Source: a virus
Virus record (IMG/VR): IMGVR_UViG_3300045012_000037
Location: 1 to 48,034 of that record
Direction: 5' to 3' (one strand)
DNA: 48,034 bases
In this document: positions 32,586-40,478 of the stretch, one piece after another
Position numbering within the stretch: the stretch's first letter is position 1
Layout: each line of letters opens with the position of its first letter
Translations under genes and position numbers: made by a program
The notes under the pieces: generated by a model
The model's database searches: none
Told to the model about the DNA's origin: nothing
Seen by the model: only the letters and a program-made list of their open reading frames with translations

Positions 32586-32800
32586 CAGACCCTACCGCCG
32601 TATCCCTGGCCGGTGCTCGTTGGCGAGAGCGGCGAAACGGTTGTGCCAGCCATCGCAAGCTGCGTGCCGTAGCGCGCCATGAGCGACGCCATATCGCCTT
32701 GCGTTTTATCCTGCAGCGACGAGACAAGACTGTTCTGCGCCTGCTGCTGCTCAGTCAGGAGGTTGGGATCGGTGGGGATTTGGGGCGTGGATGGTGTCAT
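32585..32800 (-). CDS. small Q/S/T-rich protein upstream of portal
   Basis: 71-aa ORF. 1-nt overlap with the portal start. Confidence 0.5.
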   Translation of the reverse strand: MTPSTPQIPTDPNLLTEQQQAQNSLVSSLQDKTQGDMASLMARYGTQLAMAGTTVSPLSPTSTGQGYGGRV

Positions 32801-33212
32801 CTAGGCGCGTGCCGCCATTTTGCATCAGATGGCGGTATAGGCCGCTAGGCGTCATTCGGGCGCAACGCACGCCTAGAAGGTGCTTGATGGCGGGCACGCA
32901 ATAAAAACCAATGCGCGATGACCAGCTCATCGGCTGATGTTGCCGGGTAAACATCACCACTTCGCAATCGGCCATGTACTTGAGCAATGTTGCCTTGGCT
33001 GTCGGCCCGGCGGCCAGCAACATGAGCCGCGTACCACTTAGCTGCGTGTCATAGACCAGCCAGGCGCGAAAGCCGGGGCAATAAGCGAATGCCGAAACGT
33101 GCTTGAAGCGGCCGCAAGCCAACATACGAAGCCATAGGCCAGGCGTCCTAGTATGGAAAACGACGTTCCATACTGTCGGTTCGATGGCATCAGGAAGATG
33201 GATTTCGTCCAT
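32751..33212 (-). CDS. hypothetical protein between terminase and portal
   Basis: Internal ATG 33212 of track ORF 32751-33269. Product MDEIHLPDAIEPTVWNVVFHTRTPGLW... Confidence 0.55.
   Translation of the reverse strand: MDEIHLPDAIEPTVWNVVFHTRTPGLWLRMLACGRFKHVSAFAYCPGFRAWLVYDTQLSGTRLMLLAAGPTAKATLLKYMADCEVVMFTRQHQPMSWSSRIGFYCVPAIKHLLGVRCARMTPSGLYRHLMQNGGTRLDDTIHAPNPHRSQPPD
32854..32873. promoter_or_regulatory. conserved late-arm motif copy 4 (ATTCGGGCGCAACGCACGCC)
   Basis: 17 of 18 identical to copies 1 and 3. Bracketed by the inverted 7-mers CGCTAGG/CCTAGAA-like CTAGGCG...CGCCTAG on the minus strand. 62 nt upstream of ATG 32800. Confidence 0.5.
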
Positions 33213-33344
33213 TCCAGAATGCCTCGAAGTCTTTTTTTTCTTTCTCGTACTGTTCGATGGCGGCCTCAAGATACCGTTTAACCTGCGTACGAAATTCCGG
33301 CGTGCCTTTATCCCCCTTTATGAGTTCAAATGATTTGGCTACGT

Positions 33345-34850
33345 TCATGCCATGACCCTCCGCATTGTTCTTCGCTCCGGCCGCATCCTGATCGGCGTGA
33401 TTTGCCCGATCGGCTGCAGCCCGATCATCCTACGCCCTTCGCCCAAGGTAAGACAGAAATATTGCGCACAATCGCACAGGTTCGAGTATTTGTCCTTCTT
33501 CGGGCGCAACTCGCCATCTTCCTCGCGCACCAGATGATAGCGGCCGGCCATGCCGACGATGAGGGTCCGACACAGCGGCGAGATCACCAGCCGGTTCTCG
33601 CCGCGGGGATTGTCGTTGAGCGCATAAGCCACCGCCTCGGTGCGCTCGGCGATATTGTTCAATTTCACCGGCGCCGGCGTCACCGGCATGCCGTTGAACT
33701 TGAAAATGTCGTAGGAACTTTGCTCGGTCTGCTGGCCCTTGTCGCGACCCTTCGGATCGCCGACGCAGCGGAAATTGTGGCCGGTATAGTGCTGCTCGAG
33801 AAAGCGCTTGACCTTTGGCGCAAACACCGACGCCGGCTCATTGAAGCCGAGCATTTCGTACTGGAAATAAATGCGCTGGTTGACCTCCTGGCCGAACAGC
33901 GCTGCCGGGAAAACGCGGCCAAAATCGAGCGCCACAATGACATCGTGCCCCGGTATCGGCCGCAACGGCTCGCGCGCAACGTGATATTCGCGGCGGAACA
34001 TCGGCCATACCGCCTGACCGTCGACCACCAACGCCACACGATTCATCAGGCGAGAATCGATCCAGGCCCGCGATTTGCCTGGCCACATGCGCGAATAGTA
34101 CGTGTCCGGCAGGTTTTTCAGGTTTTCCGCGTGCGAATTGACCTCGTAGCCAAGACTGTTGCCGCGCTCGTCCATACGCTCGATCAGCGCCGGCGGCTGC
34201 ATGTAATATCCCCATTCATGCGGCCAGACGTATTGCAGCCGTTCGTCCTCGCTCAACCCCGGCGGCAGGTCGACTTGCCCGGTCATCATGGCCAGCCAGC
34301 AATCCTCATCTGGCGCGTTGCCATCGGCGATGATGCCGCGCCAGGTCGGACCACCGTGCTCGTCGCCCGGATAACGTAAGCGGGAATCCGCCTCGTCGAA
34401 AATCTCCTTGGGAATAAATGGCAATTCGTTAAAGAAAATGCCGGTGTATTCCGTCGACCGCAGCTTCTTCACGTCGTCAGGCTTGTCGAGCGACATGAAG
34501 TCGAATTCGGTGCGCACATCGGAAAACGAGATCCTGTGCTGCATAAAACCCGGCGCCGAGTTGAAGCGGCCGTACATTTGTTCGGGAAATGTCTCGAGCC
34601 AGGTGCGCATAGTCGAGCGCTTCAAGTCCGGCATGGTATTGCGAACGAGCGCAAAGCGGGTGCGGCGCAAACCGTCGACCGGCGACTTGCCCTGTTCCTG
34701 CGCATGCCGCATCAGACGTACGCAGCACGCCTTGGTCTTGCCGGATCCGAGCGGTCCCTGAATATAGTCGACCGGCCTATTCGATGTCATGAAATCGGCG
34801 ACTTTGGTGCCGGCAATGACCTCGAACGGGTTTTCCGTATCGACGCCCAT
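33345..34850 (-). CDS. terL: terminase large subunit
   Basis: 501 aa. Walker A GPLGSGKT near the N-terminus. Nuclease-sized C-terminal half. Upstream of portal. Confidence 0.85.
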   Translation of the reverse strand: MGVDTENPFEVIAGTKVADFMTSNRPVDYIQGPLGSGKTKACCVRLMRHAQEQGKSPVDGLRRTRFALVRNTMPDLKRSTMRTWLETFPEQMYGRFNSAPGFMQHRISFSDVRTEFDFMSLDKPDDVKKLRSTEYTGIFFNELPFIPKEIFDEADSRLRYPGDEHGGPTWRGIIADGNAPDEDCWLAMMTGQVDLPPGLSEDERLQYVWPHEWGYYMQPPALIERMDERGNSLGYEVNSHAENLKNLPDTYYSRMWPGKSRAWIDSRLMNRVALVVDGQAVWPMFRREYHVAREPLRPIPGHDVIVALDFGRVFPAALFGQEVNQRIYFQYEMLGFNEPASVFAPKVKRFLEQHYTGHNFRCVGDPKGRDKGQQTEQSSYDIFKFNGMPVTPAPVKLNNIAERTEAVAYALNDNPRGENRLVISPLCRTLIVGMAGRYHLVREEDGELRPKKDKYSNLCDCAQYFCLTLGEGRRMIGLQPIGQITPIRMRPERRTMRRVMA

Positions 34851-35437
34851 CAGGCGATCAATCGGGCTTGTTGCGTCAGCAGCATCCGCGCGCGGGCGGC
34901 TTGGAGGATCGGCAGGATCTTGGCGTCCAGGCTATCCTCGCCCTCGTCGGAATCCATGCCCACCTCATAAGGCCCGGTGTATTGGTCCGGCGCCACCGTA
35001 TCGACGGAAATGCGCTGCCCCTCATCCTCGGAAATGTACGTAAGCCACTCATCCTCGTAAGCGGCGATCTCGTCGTCCGACCAGCCATCGAGCTTGAGCA
35101 GCATGTGCTCGTAGCCGGTCGCCCACCAATGCGCCGACCGCGCGCCGGGCCCGACCCAATATTTCATATCGAGCCGCGTCATCATCCACCATTCGAAGCC
35201 CTCATGGCCACTGACGTACTTGTCGGGCTCGATCCCCATCTTGAAACGAAGCGGCACATTCTCGTCGACATAGGTCATCGCGCCGTCCATGGACCGGCCG
35301 GCACCGTATGGAACCAGGAACTTGCGGGACACAATCGAGTGACGCGGCAGAAAATTCTGCAATCCAACCTGCCGCTGGATCAGGCGCACCACGGCGCTTA
35401 CCCCCGCAGCATCGGTATGGCGATGCCCGGAGCTCAT
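34850..35437 (-). CDS. hypothetical protein with strongly acidic C-terminal region (alternative small-terminase candidate)
   Basis: 195 aa. 1-nt overlap with the terL start. Contains ...DDEIAAYEDEWLTYISEDEG...MDSDEGEDSLD. Confidence 0.6.
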   Translation of the reverse strand: MSSGHRHTDAAGVSAVVRLIQRQVGLQNFLPRHSIVSRKFLVPYGAGRSMDGAMTYVDENVPLRFKMGIEPDKYVSGHEGFEWWMMTRLDMKYWVGPGARSAHWWATGYEHMLLKLDGWSDDEIAAYEDEWLTYISEDEGQRISVDTVAPDQYTGPYEVGMDSDEGEDSLDAKILPILQAARARMLLTQQARLIA

Positions 35438-35685
35438 TCGATAGTCCTTGTGCGCACAATGCGGTCATGCTTGTAGAATTCGAGCGCGCCTATTTCCTCA
35501 CGGATCGACAGCGAAGCCGAAGATCGGTGACCCCACATTCCATCGGTTTCGCTGGTAAGAATAATCACGCCGGTCACGTTGCCAGCTTCCGCGTCGGCAA
35601 GTGCGTCGCGCAAAAGATCAATCACGCCGGCGCGGATTTCTTCATCTATCGTAGGCTTCGGAACAAGCCTGACAGGTTCGGTCAT
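35434..35685 (-). CDS. hypothetical protein
   Basis: ATG 35685 overlaps the TGA of the upstream Cys-rich ORF (TGATG). Product MTEPVRLVPKPTIDEEIRAG... Confidence 0.55.
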   Translation of the reverse strand: MTEPVRLVPKPTIDEEIRAGVIDLLRDALADAEAGNVTGVIILTSETDGMWGHRSSASLSIREEIGALEFYKHDRIVRTRTIE

Positions 35686-35822
35686 CAGTTCGGCCTCGCG
35701 TATTTTTCTGGTTCGCAAATCTTACAAAACTGATCCGGCTTGCATTCGCACTTGTCCTGTCGAATTTCGACACATGCCGCACATAAATCGCTTGTCCCGG
35801 TACAGTACGGACATTGCCGCAT
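35685..35822 (-). CDS. 45-aa Cys-rich zinc-ribbon-like peptide (below track cutoff)
   Basis: Hand-translated MRQCPYCTGTSDLCAACVEIRQDKCECKPDQFCKICEPEKYARPN. Eight Cys arranged as CxxC, CxxC, CxC, CxxC. Confidence 0.5.
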   Translation of the reverse strand: MRQCPYCTGTSDLCAACVEIRQDKCECKPDQFCKICEPEKYARPN

Positions 35823-35839
35823 TACATGCGTGATCTTGG

Positions 35840-36241
35840 TCAACTCATCCTCCCCGGAAACGGCAAGATATTCGGCATAAACGGCAGTCCAGGCCGCTGC
35901 GGTTCCTTATCGAACAACCGCGCCGCCCAACCAAAACGCTGCATTTTCTCGCAATGCCGAGCGATGATCTGCTCATCGACTTCGGTCTGCGGCGCCACCG
36001 TCACCCGGTCGTGCTGCCGCTCCATCTTCGCAATTAGCTTGACCCCCTTGAGCGGTGGCCCCTGCTCGCGGTCCCAAGTGATGATCTGCCCCGGAAAATC
36101 CGGCATCAACGACAGCCGACCCTCCTTCAACACAATCGACTTCACCGGCCCGATCTTGGAAAAATTCTCGCCCCACGCGCAAAGTTCCTCGTTGTAGCGC
36201 TCAATGAAATAATCCGGTATGCGCTCGAATACCGTAATCAC
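35840..36241 (-). CDS. hypothetical protein
   Basis: 133-aa ORF. 4-nt overlap with the upstream gene. Confidence 0.6.
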   Translation of the reverse strand: MITVFERIPDYFIERYNEELCAWGENFSKIGPVKSIVLKEGRLSLMPDFPGQIITWDREQGPPLKGVKLIAKMERQHDRVTVAPQTEVDEQIIARHCEKMQRFGWAARLFDKEPQRPGLPFMPNILPFPGRMS

Positions 36242-36648
36242 AGCTTGCTCTCATCGACGACCGCAGATCCGTTTGACGATCCAGGCAAAGGGGGCATGTT
36301 CCCTAGCTGCCGCAACTCCCCTTCCATCTCCGCAAGTTCCGCCTCGTGCGCCGTCAAATGATGGTCAGCCAGCGCAAACTTCTCATCCCCCGCCCGGTCC
36401 ACAGCCTCAATCCGCTCCATCAAAGCAACAGCACGCTGTTCAAGCTTCGCCTTCAAAGCCGTCATCGCCCCGCCTACCATCGCTACCCTGCTCACACGCC
36501 TCTCCCCAATGTTCCGCCGCAATACCGCGTCAAACCGTGAAGCCGCAGACCGATACCGCGCATACGCCGCATCCGCCTCAATCTCAACCCGATGCCGCGG
36601 GTCACGCCATTCACCCACATGCAAACCCCAAATGTTTTGCAGGCCCAA
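36238..36648 (-). CDS. hypothetical helical protein
   Basis: 136-aa ORF with a non-ATG (TTG) start in the track. The start is uncertain. Confidence 0.5.
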   Translation of the reverse strand: MGLQNIWGLHVGEWRDPRHRVEIEADAAYARYRSAASRFDAVLRRNIGERRVSRVAMVGGAMTALKAKLEQRAVALMERIEAVDRAGDEKFALADHHLTAHEAELAEMEGELRQLGNMPPLPGSSNGSAVVDESKL

Positions 36649-36714
36649 TATTTTTTGACCCCCCGCTAAATCCAGCCCAAGTTGTGCGAGCGGAGATTAG
36701 GAGCCGACGCGAAG

Positions 36715-37296
36715 TCATGAATTTTCCCTCCCGGGTCGCCTCGGCGCGGTTTCAATGGATGGTCGCGACGCATCGGATGGTCGAGCACTGCCGACTAGCT
36801 GCTTGCTAGACTGATGGTCTTGCGCTGTTTCATCAATGACAACGGCATTTGCAGCACTTGATTGCTGATCTGGGAAGCCCATGGGAATACTCGCGGGCTG
36901 CTGCTGTACGACAGTCACGACACGAATAGTCACGCCAGGCGATGCACTTATGCCTGATTGACGCTGCGAGTGATCGTCACCGAGTTCCTCGAGCAATTTG
37001 ATTGCATTCACTGCCGGCATATTGTCGGCTGCATCACGGATTGCGACCAGACGATGAATGTTGCGCGGCGACACGCTGGCTCTAAGTACCTGCCGCTCCC
37101 TATTGAGATATGCGAGCACATCTGGCCGAGCCAATGCACGACGCATTGATCGGACGTGATAATTGAACGTCCGGGCAGCAACATCGTACGTCATACCTTC
37201 CCAGATCATTGCATCAAGGGCTTGGCGCAGCTTACCGCGGATTTCGCTGCGTTTTTCGATTGATGGACGTTGTTCGGCGATTGCTACATCGGACAT
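36715..37296 (-). CDS. HTH DNA-binding protein, possible terminase small subunit
   Basis: 193 aa. ...ALDAMIWEGMTYDVAARTFNYHVRSMRRALARPDVLAYLNRERQ...AVNAIKLLEELG resembles the TerS N-terminal HTH pattern. One of the first genes of the late arm. Confidence 0.45.
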   Translation of the reverse strand: MSDVAIAEQRPSIEKRSEIRGKLRQALDAMIWEGMTYDVAARTFNYHVRSMRRALARPDVLAYLNRERQVLRASVSPRNIHRLVAIRDAADNMPAVNAIKLLEELGDDHSQRQSGISASPGVTIRVVTVVQQQPASIPMGFPDQQSSAANAVVIDETAQDHQSSKQLVGSARPSDASRPSIETAPRRPGRENS

Positions 37297-37305
37297 TGTG
37301 TCACG

Positions 37306-37506
37306 CTATGGGATGTGCTGGCCTTTGCAACGCACGGTCTCGGCTATTTGCTGCATTTCGGCTTTTGACATTGGCTTGATGATCTCGGCTTTTAAGAGCC
37401 TGTGCAGTCTGGCGTTACGCTTGGCAACCTTTGGATTGAACTTGAACGGCATCCAGCGTTTGCCGGATGTGGAGAACGTCGAGCCTGTACCTCGCAGCTT
37501 GTCCAT
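37306..37506 (-). CDS. small basic protein
   Basis: 66-aa ORF. First ORF after the 335-bp gene-poor gap. Confidence 0.45.
   Translation of the reverse strand: MDKLRGTGSTFSTSGKRWMPFKFNPKVAKRNARLHRLLKAEIIKPMSKAEMQQIAETVRCKGQHIP
37327..37339. promoter_or_regulatory. conserved late-arm motif copy 5 (GCAACGCACGGTC)
   Basis: The core ends 31 nt upstream of ATG 37296 of the TerS-like gene. Confidence 0.5.
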
Positions 37507-37631
37507 GCGTCACGCTGGCGCCTTCGCTTACGCTCCGTTGCCGGTCCTCGCATCCGCTGCGGATGGTCGGCTATCGCCGGCCTTTTCTCGTTTGTCTCTC
37601 CTCGCGCGATAACATGCCTGTCAACTCTCGC

Positions 37632-37643
37632 CCAACGCACGTC
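37632..37643. promoter_or_regulatory. conserved late-arm motif copy 6 (CCAACGCACGTC)
   Basis: In the gene-poor 37507-37841 segment. On the minus strand it is followed within about 10 nt by a perfect TTGACA. Confidence 0.4.
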
Positions 37644-37841
37644 TTAGACCTTGCATTGGAACACATTTCGTCGCAAGCGGCGCCTGCAAACACCATCAGT
37701 CGCGCGGCGTGCAAATTACAAGTCTGCCTTGTTATTGTCTCCCCGATTTTGCTTTTTCCACGCAGCGACGCTTTCAAAATTTGGATTAGGCTCTTTGTGA
37801 AGTCATATTTAAGTTTCATGTGTTGCCTTTGACGGAGCAGA

Positions 37842-38036
37842 TCACTTGGCCTTTCGTCCACGTTTGACGTCCTTGTCAACCTTGAACATTAATCCAGCAG
37901 TTGCCAAGCATTTGCGGCAAAGATGAATAGCCGGATCTACGCCGCATCTTTTGTCGATTTCAAGTGACCACGACGCTTCATTGCGCCGTCGAACCTCGCC
38001 GCACGCATCGCATTTGATTTGCCGGATATAGCTCAT
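37842..38036 (-). CDS. zinc-ribbon protein
   Basis: 64 aa, CDACGE...HLCRKC. 4-nt overlap with the upstream gene. Confidence 0.6.
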   Translation of the reverse strand: MSYIRQIKCDACGEVRRRNEASWSLEIDKRCGVDPAIHLCRKCLATAGLMFKVDKDVKRGRKAK

Positions 38037-38512
38037 CCCATGAGCCCCCTGACCTGCTTTTCGTCCAGCACAGAACCGACCATTTTGGTGTTTCCGACCT
38101 TCTTGGCGATGCGCTCATAAGCCTTGCCGAACTTGGCCATTTCGGCGCCGGTGCAATAGCGCATGCGCTTGCCGTTCGGCATTTCGAGGTTGAGTAGCAT
38201 GATTTGGCTTTTTATGGATTCCACCGTCTGGCGCATTTCGCGCTGCCTTTCAGCGCTCTTCACGGCAGCTTCGGGCGTGCGCTTGCTACGCCGCGTAACC
38301 TCGTACTCGTACATATTGACAAAGAAGTACCAATCCACCGCACGCTGATATTCATCCTCATCGCGGATTTCATCACGGAACAGCTTAAAGAGATGATCCT
38401 TGCTTGCGTCTGGATTTTGCTCAATCAACGAGATCAACAATTCCCGCGGATTGGCGGTTGCTCGCTTGGATAGAAACGCCGCGCCAACCCTTGATTCATC
38501 ACTGTGTAGCAT
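38033..38512 (-). CDS. hypothetical early protein
   Basis: AAGGAGG lies 5 nt upstream of ATG 38512 (internal Met of track ORF 38033-38557). Confidence 0.65.
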   Translation of the reverse strand: MLHSDESRVGAAFLSKRATANPRELLISLIEQNPDASKDHLFKLFRDEIRDEDEYQRAVDWYFFVNMYEYEVTRRSKRTPEAAVKSAERQREMRQTVESIKSQIMLLNLEMPNGKRMRYCTGAEMAKFGKAYERIAKKVGNTKMVGSVLDEKQVRGLMG

Positions 38513-38523
38513 TTCAACCTCCT

Positions 38524-38838
38524 TTAGAATTGAATTCCAAGCTCCTTGAGGGCCCAATAGGCCGCTCGAAATTTATTCATCCACCTTATGCTCGCTTTTC
38601 TTGTGCGCTCAGGATGCCTTTGACGATAGAGCCTGCTATAAGCCCGCTTTTGTCCTGAAAGCACGTATCTTCGACGTTTTTCCTTTTCTTTCTCTCGAAT
38701 AGCAGGATTAAGCGCATGGCGCCTCCGCGCTAGCCACTTGTTTCGTTCTTTTCTACATCCGGCCGAGCAAGTTAGGCAGGTAGGTCGCTTTGAGTTTACG
38801 AATTGAGAACCACAGATAATGCAATTTTTTATTTGCAT
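38524..38838 (-). CDS. zinc-finger plus basic-region protein
   Basis: GAAGGAGG upstream of ATG 38838. CIICGSQF...CLTCSAGC followed by an R/K-rich tail. Confidence 0.6.
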   Translation of the reverse strand: MQIKNCIICGSQFVNSKRPTCLTCSAGCRKERNKWLARRRHALNPAIREKEKEKRRRYVLSGQKRAYSRLYRQRHPERTRKASIRWMNKFRAAYWALKELGIQF

Positions 38839-39413
38839 TTGACCGCCTCCTTCACATCGCTCCACCGAATGAGCGCAGCGCGGCGCGCCTTGGCACTTTT
38901 TGCCCGTGCGACCGCATCGCGCTTGCGCTGTTTCTTCCAGCGAACTTGTGCGCCTTTTTTGCCTATTTTCTGCATGAATTTGGTGCTGAAAGTGTGCGTA
39001 ATAGCGCCGCCATGAGCCAAGTTTCCATTCCGCCTAGAAATGCGCGATCCAAAGCGCTTAATGGCTTCCTCGTCCTCGACCATGATGAATTTAACGCCGA
39101 GGACACCAAACACCGGACCCATGGAGGTGATGCCAATGCGCCGCACGGACTGGATATTGTGCAACGTACGCAACGATAGCAATTGCGTCATGCGGCGATC
39201 GGACAACCCGGCAACGTCGTGCGTGTTCTCAGACGATATTGCGATCTGTCGCTCGTTGGCGCGAGCTCGTAGCGCATGAAGAAAACTGGCGTAGTCCGTG
39301 ATTTCCGCCAGCACCTTCGGCCAGGCGATGCCCTCACCCGCCGCATCGGGCGCGCAATTGGCGACCCACCACGGCGGCGGCTTGAACGACGAGACCGCGA
39401 TGTCGTCGGTCAT
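38829..39413 (-). CDS. hypothetical protein with basic C-terminus
   Basis: 194-aa ORF. 4-nt overlap with the upstream gene. Confidence 0.6.
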   Translation of the reverse strand: MTDDIAVSSFKPPPWWVANCAPDAAGEGIAWPKVLAEITDYASFLHALRARANERQIAISSENTHDVAGLSDRRMTQLLSLRTLHNIQSVRRIGITSMGPVFGVLGVKFIMVEDEEAIKRFGSRISRRNGNLAHGGAITHTFSTKFMQKIGKKGAQVRWKKQRKRDAVARAKSAKARRAALIRWSDVKEAVKCK

Positions 39414-39928
39414 TCGGCCGCTTCCGATTGCGGCTTGTAATACGCGCGGAGCTCGTCGTCCGATGGCCCTTTGGACTTTGGATCAAATAGATTGTGCATC
39501 AGCTTCGATAGCCGTTGCAGCATGGTCTTGCGATGCTCATCGGGGAACTGTTGCTCTTCAATGCGTTTAGCGTCCTCCTGCTTGATCCAGATAATCGCGC
39601 CTTGATGACGTTTAACGCGCTGATCGCACCATGTAGCGATGCATGCGACCGTCGGCGGAAATTCACGTTCTCGAGCAAGTCCGCGGTGCGGATCACAGCA
39701 TTCCTCCACCACACCCAGCGGATATTGCTCCAGGATGGCAGCCAGCGACGTTGCGTAACCTGCAGGATCAGGCGGTCGCGCATGTGGCCAGGCAGCGACA
39801 AGTTTTTTAGCGTTTTTCGCCGCCTCTAGGGGTGATGTCGACCATTGGAGGGCTGCTATCGCCTGTTTCGCCAGCTGTTCGATCGATGAGCCAGTCGAAG
39901 GCTTCCATGGTTGGAGATCCTGTCCCAT
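39410..39928 (-). CDS. hypothetical protein
   Basis: 172-aa ORF. The annotated start overlaps the upstream gene by 122 nt, so the true start is uncertain. Confidence 0.5.
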   Translation of the reverse strand: MGQDLQPWKPSTGSSIEQLAKQAIAALQWSTSPLEAAKNAKKLVAAWPHARPPDPAGYATSLAAILEQYPLGVVEECCDPHRGLAREREFPPTVACIATWCDQRVKRHQGAIIWIKQEDAKRIEEQQFPDEHRKTMLQRLSKLMHNLFDPKSKGPSDDELRAYYKPQSEAAE

Positions 39929-40478
39929 GTCCGTTCACCTGTTTTTTTGCTGATAGTTGTCGCACGCGATTGCGCCAGGTGGCCGGCCAATCGAGTTTTG
40001 TACCGCGCGATCCTGGAATGCCGATCCAGTAATCGACAAACTCAACCCACATCGCCTTGATTGCGCTGTCGTGGTGGCCGAGGTCTCGCGCAAATTGCCA
40101 CTCCGCTTCCTCGATCGCCTGTCCCGCAACAAGCCGCGTCGCGCGCTTGGCTTGCTCCTCTTTCTTCCTTTCTTTTCTTCGCTTAGAGCCTTCAGAAGAA
40201 GAAGAAAGAAAGGAAGAAAGATCACAGCGATTGTCCGCTTTGTCCGGGACATTTGGAGTGGTCTCAGCCTCAGAACCAAGAGCGGACATCGTTTGCTTTC
40301 CGCCTGATTTTGTGGGGTTTTTGCGCTGTAGCTCTTTGCGGCTGCGCTCGTATTCACGCACGATGTCCCGGACATTGTCCCGGACTGTCCCGGACAAAGC
40401 GGCGGCCACTCTGGCGACCAAGTCCGGGTCCAAACCGGCGCGCACCAAGTCTGCGATGAGCGTAGGATTGGACTGCAT
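39807..40478 (-). CDS. putative replication initiator (contains iterons and inverted repeat)
   Basis: TAATG overlap with the upstream stop. Four copies of GTCCSGGAC and a 17-bp perfect inverted repeat lie inside the ORF, as for lambda O/ori. C-terminal WVEFVDYWIGIPGSRGTKLDWPATWRNRV motif. Confidence 0.5.
   Translation of the reverse strand: MQSNPTLIADLVRAGLDPDLVARVAAALSGTVRDNVRDIVREYERSRKELQRKNPTKSGGKQTMSALGSEAETTPNVPDKADNRCDLSSFLSSSSEGSKRRKERKKEEQAKRATRLVAGQAIEEAEWQFARDLGHHDSAIKAMWVEFVDYWIGIPGSRGTKLDWPATWRNRVRQLSAKKQVNGHGTGSPTMEAFDWLIDRTAGETGDSSPPMVDITPRGGEKR
40159..40221. repeat. 17-bp perfect homopyrimidine/homopurine inverted repeat (candidate ori unwinding/cruciform element)
   Basis: tctttcttcctttcttt (40159-40175) pairs with aaagaaaggaagaaaga (40205-40221). 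The 29-nt spacer is itself partly self-complementary. Confidence 0.85.
40242..40250. repeat. fourth iteron copy (GTCCGGGAC, centre base inverted)
   Basis: Flanking bases also match (ttGTCCGGGACat is the reverse complement of atGTCCCGGACaa). Confidence 0.7.
40365..40395. repeat. three direct copies of 9-bp palindromic iteron GTCCCGGAC
   Basis: Copies at 40365-40373, 40377-40385 and 40387-40395 (spacing 12 and 10 bp), inside the putative initiator gene. Confidence 0.8.

Noticed and set aside
29829-32909. Shared 14-mer GGCACGCAATAAAA at about 29830 and about 32893
   Set aside because: This is a single pair that falls in different reading frames of unrelated genes. An exact 14-mer repeat is within chance expectation for a 48-kb sequence searched on both strands.
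33330-34379. 349-aa plus-strand ORF
   Set aside because: It is antisense to terL, which has a Walker A motif and correct synteny. Its composition is R/H/A-rich and not protein-like.
37571-37879. 102-aa minus-strand ORF (or an 82-aa version from ATG 37820) in the gene-poor gap upstream of the late arm
   Set aside because: It is very basic and low-complexity, partly AT-rich, and has a weak RBS. The region is more likely a regulatory leader containing late-motif copy 6 and a TTGACA. I have not annotated it as a CDS.
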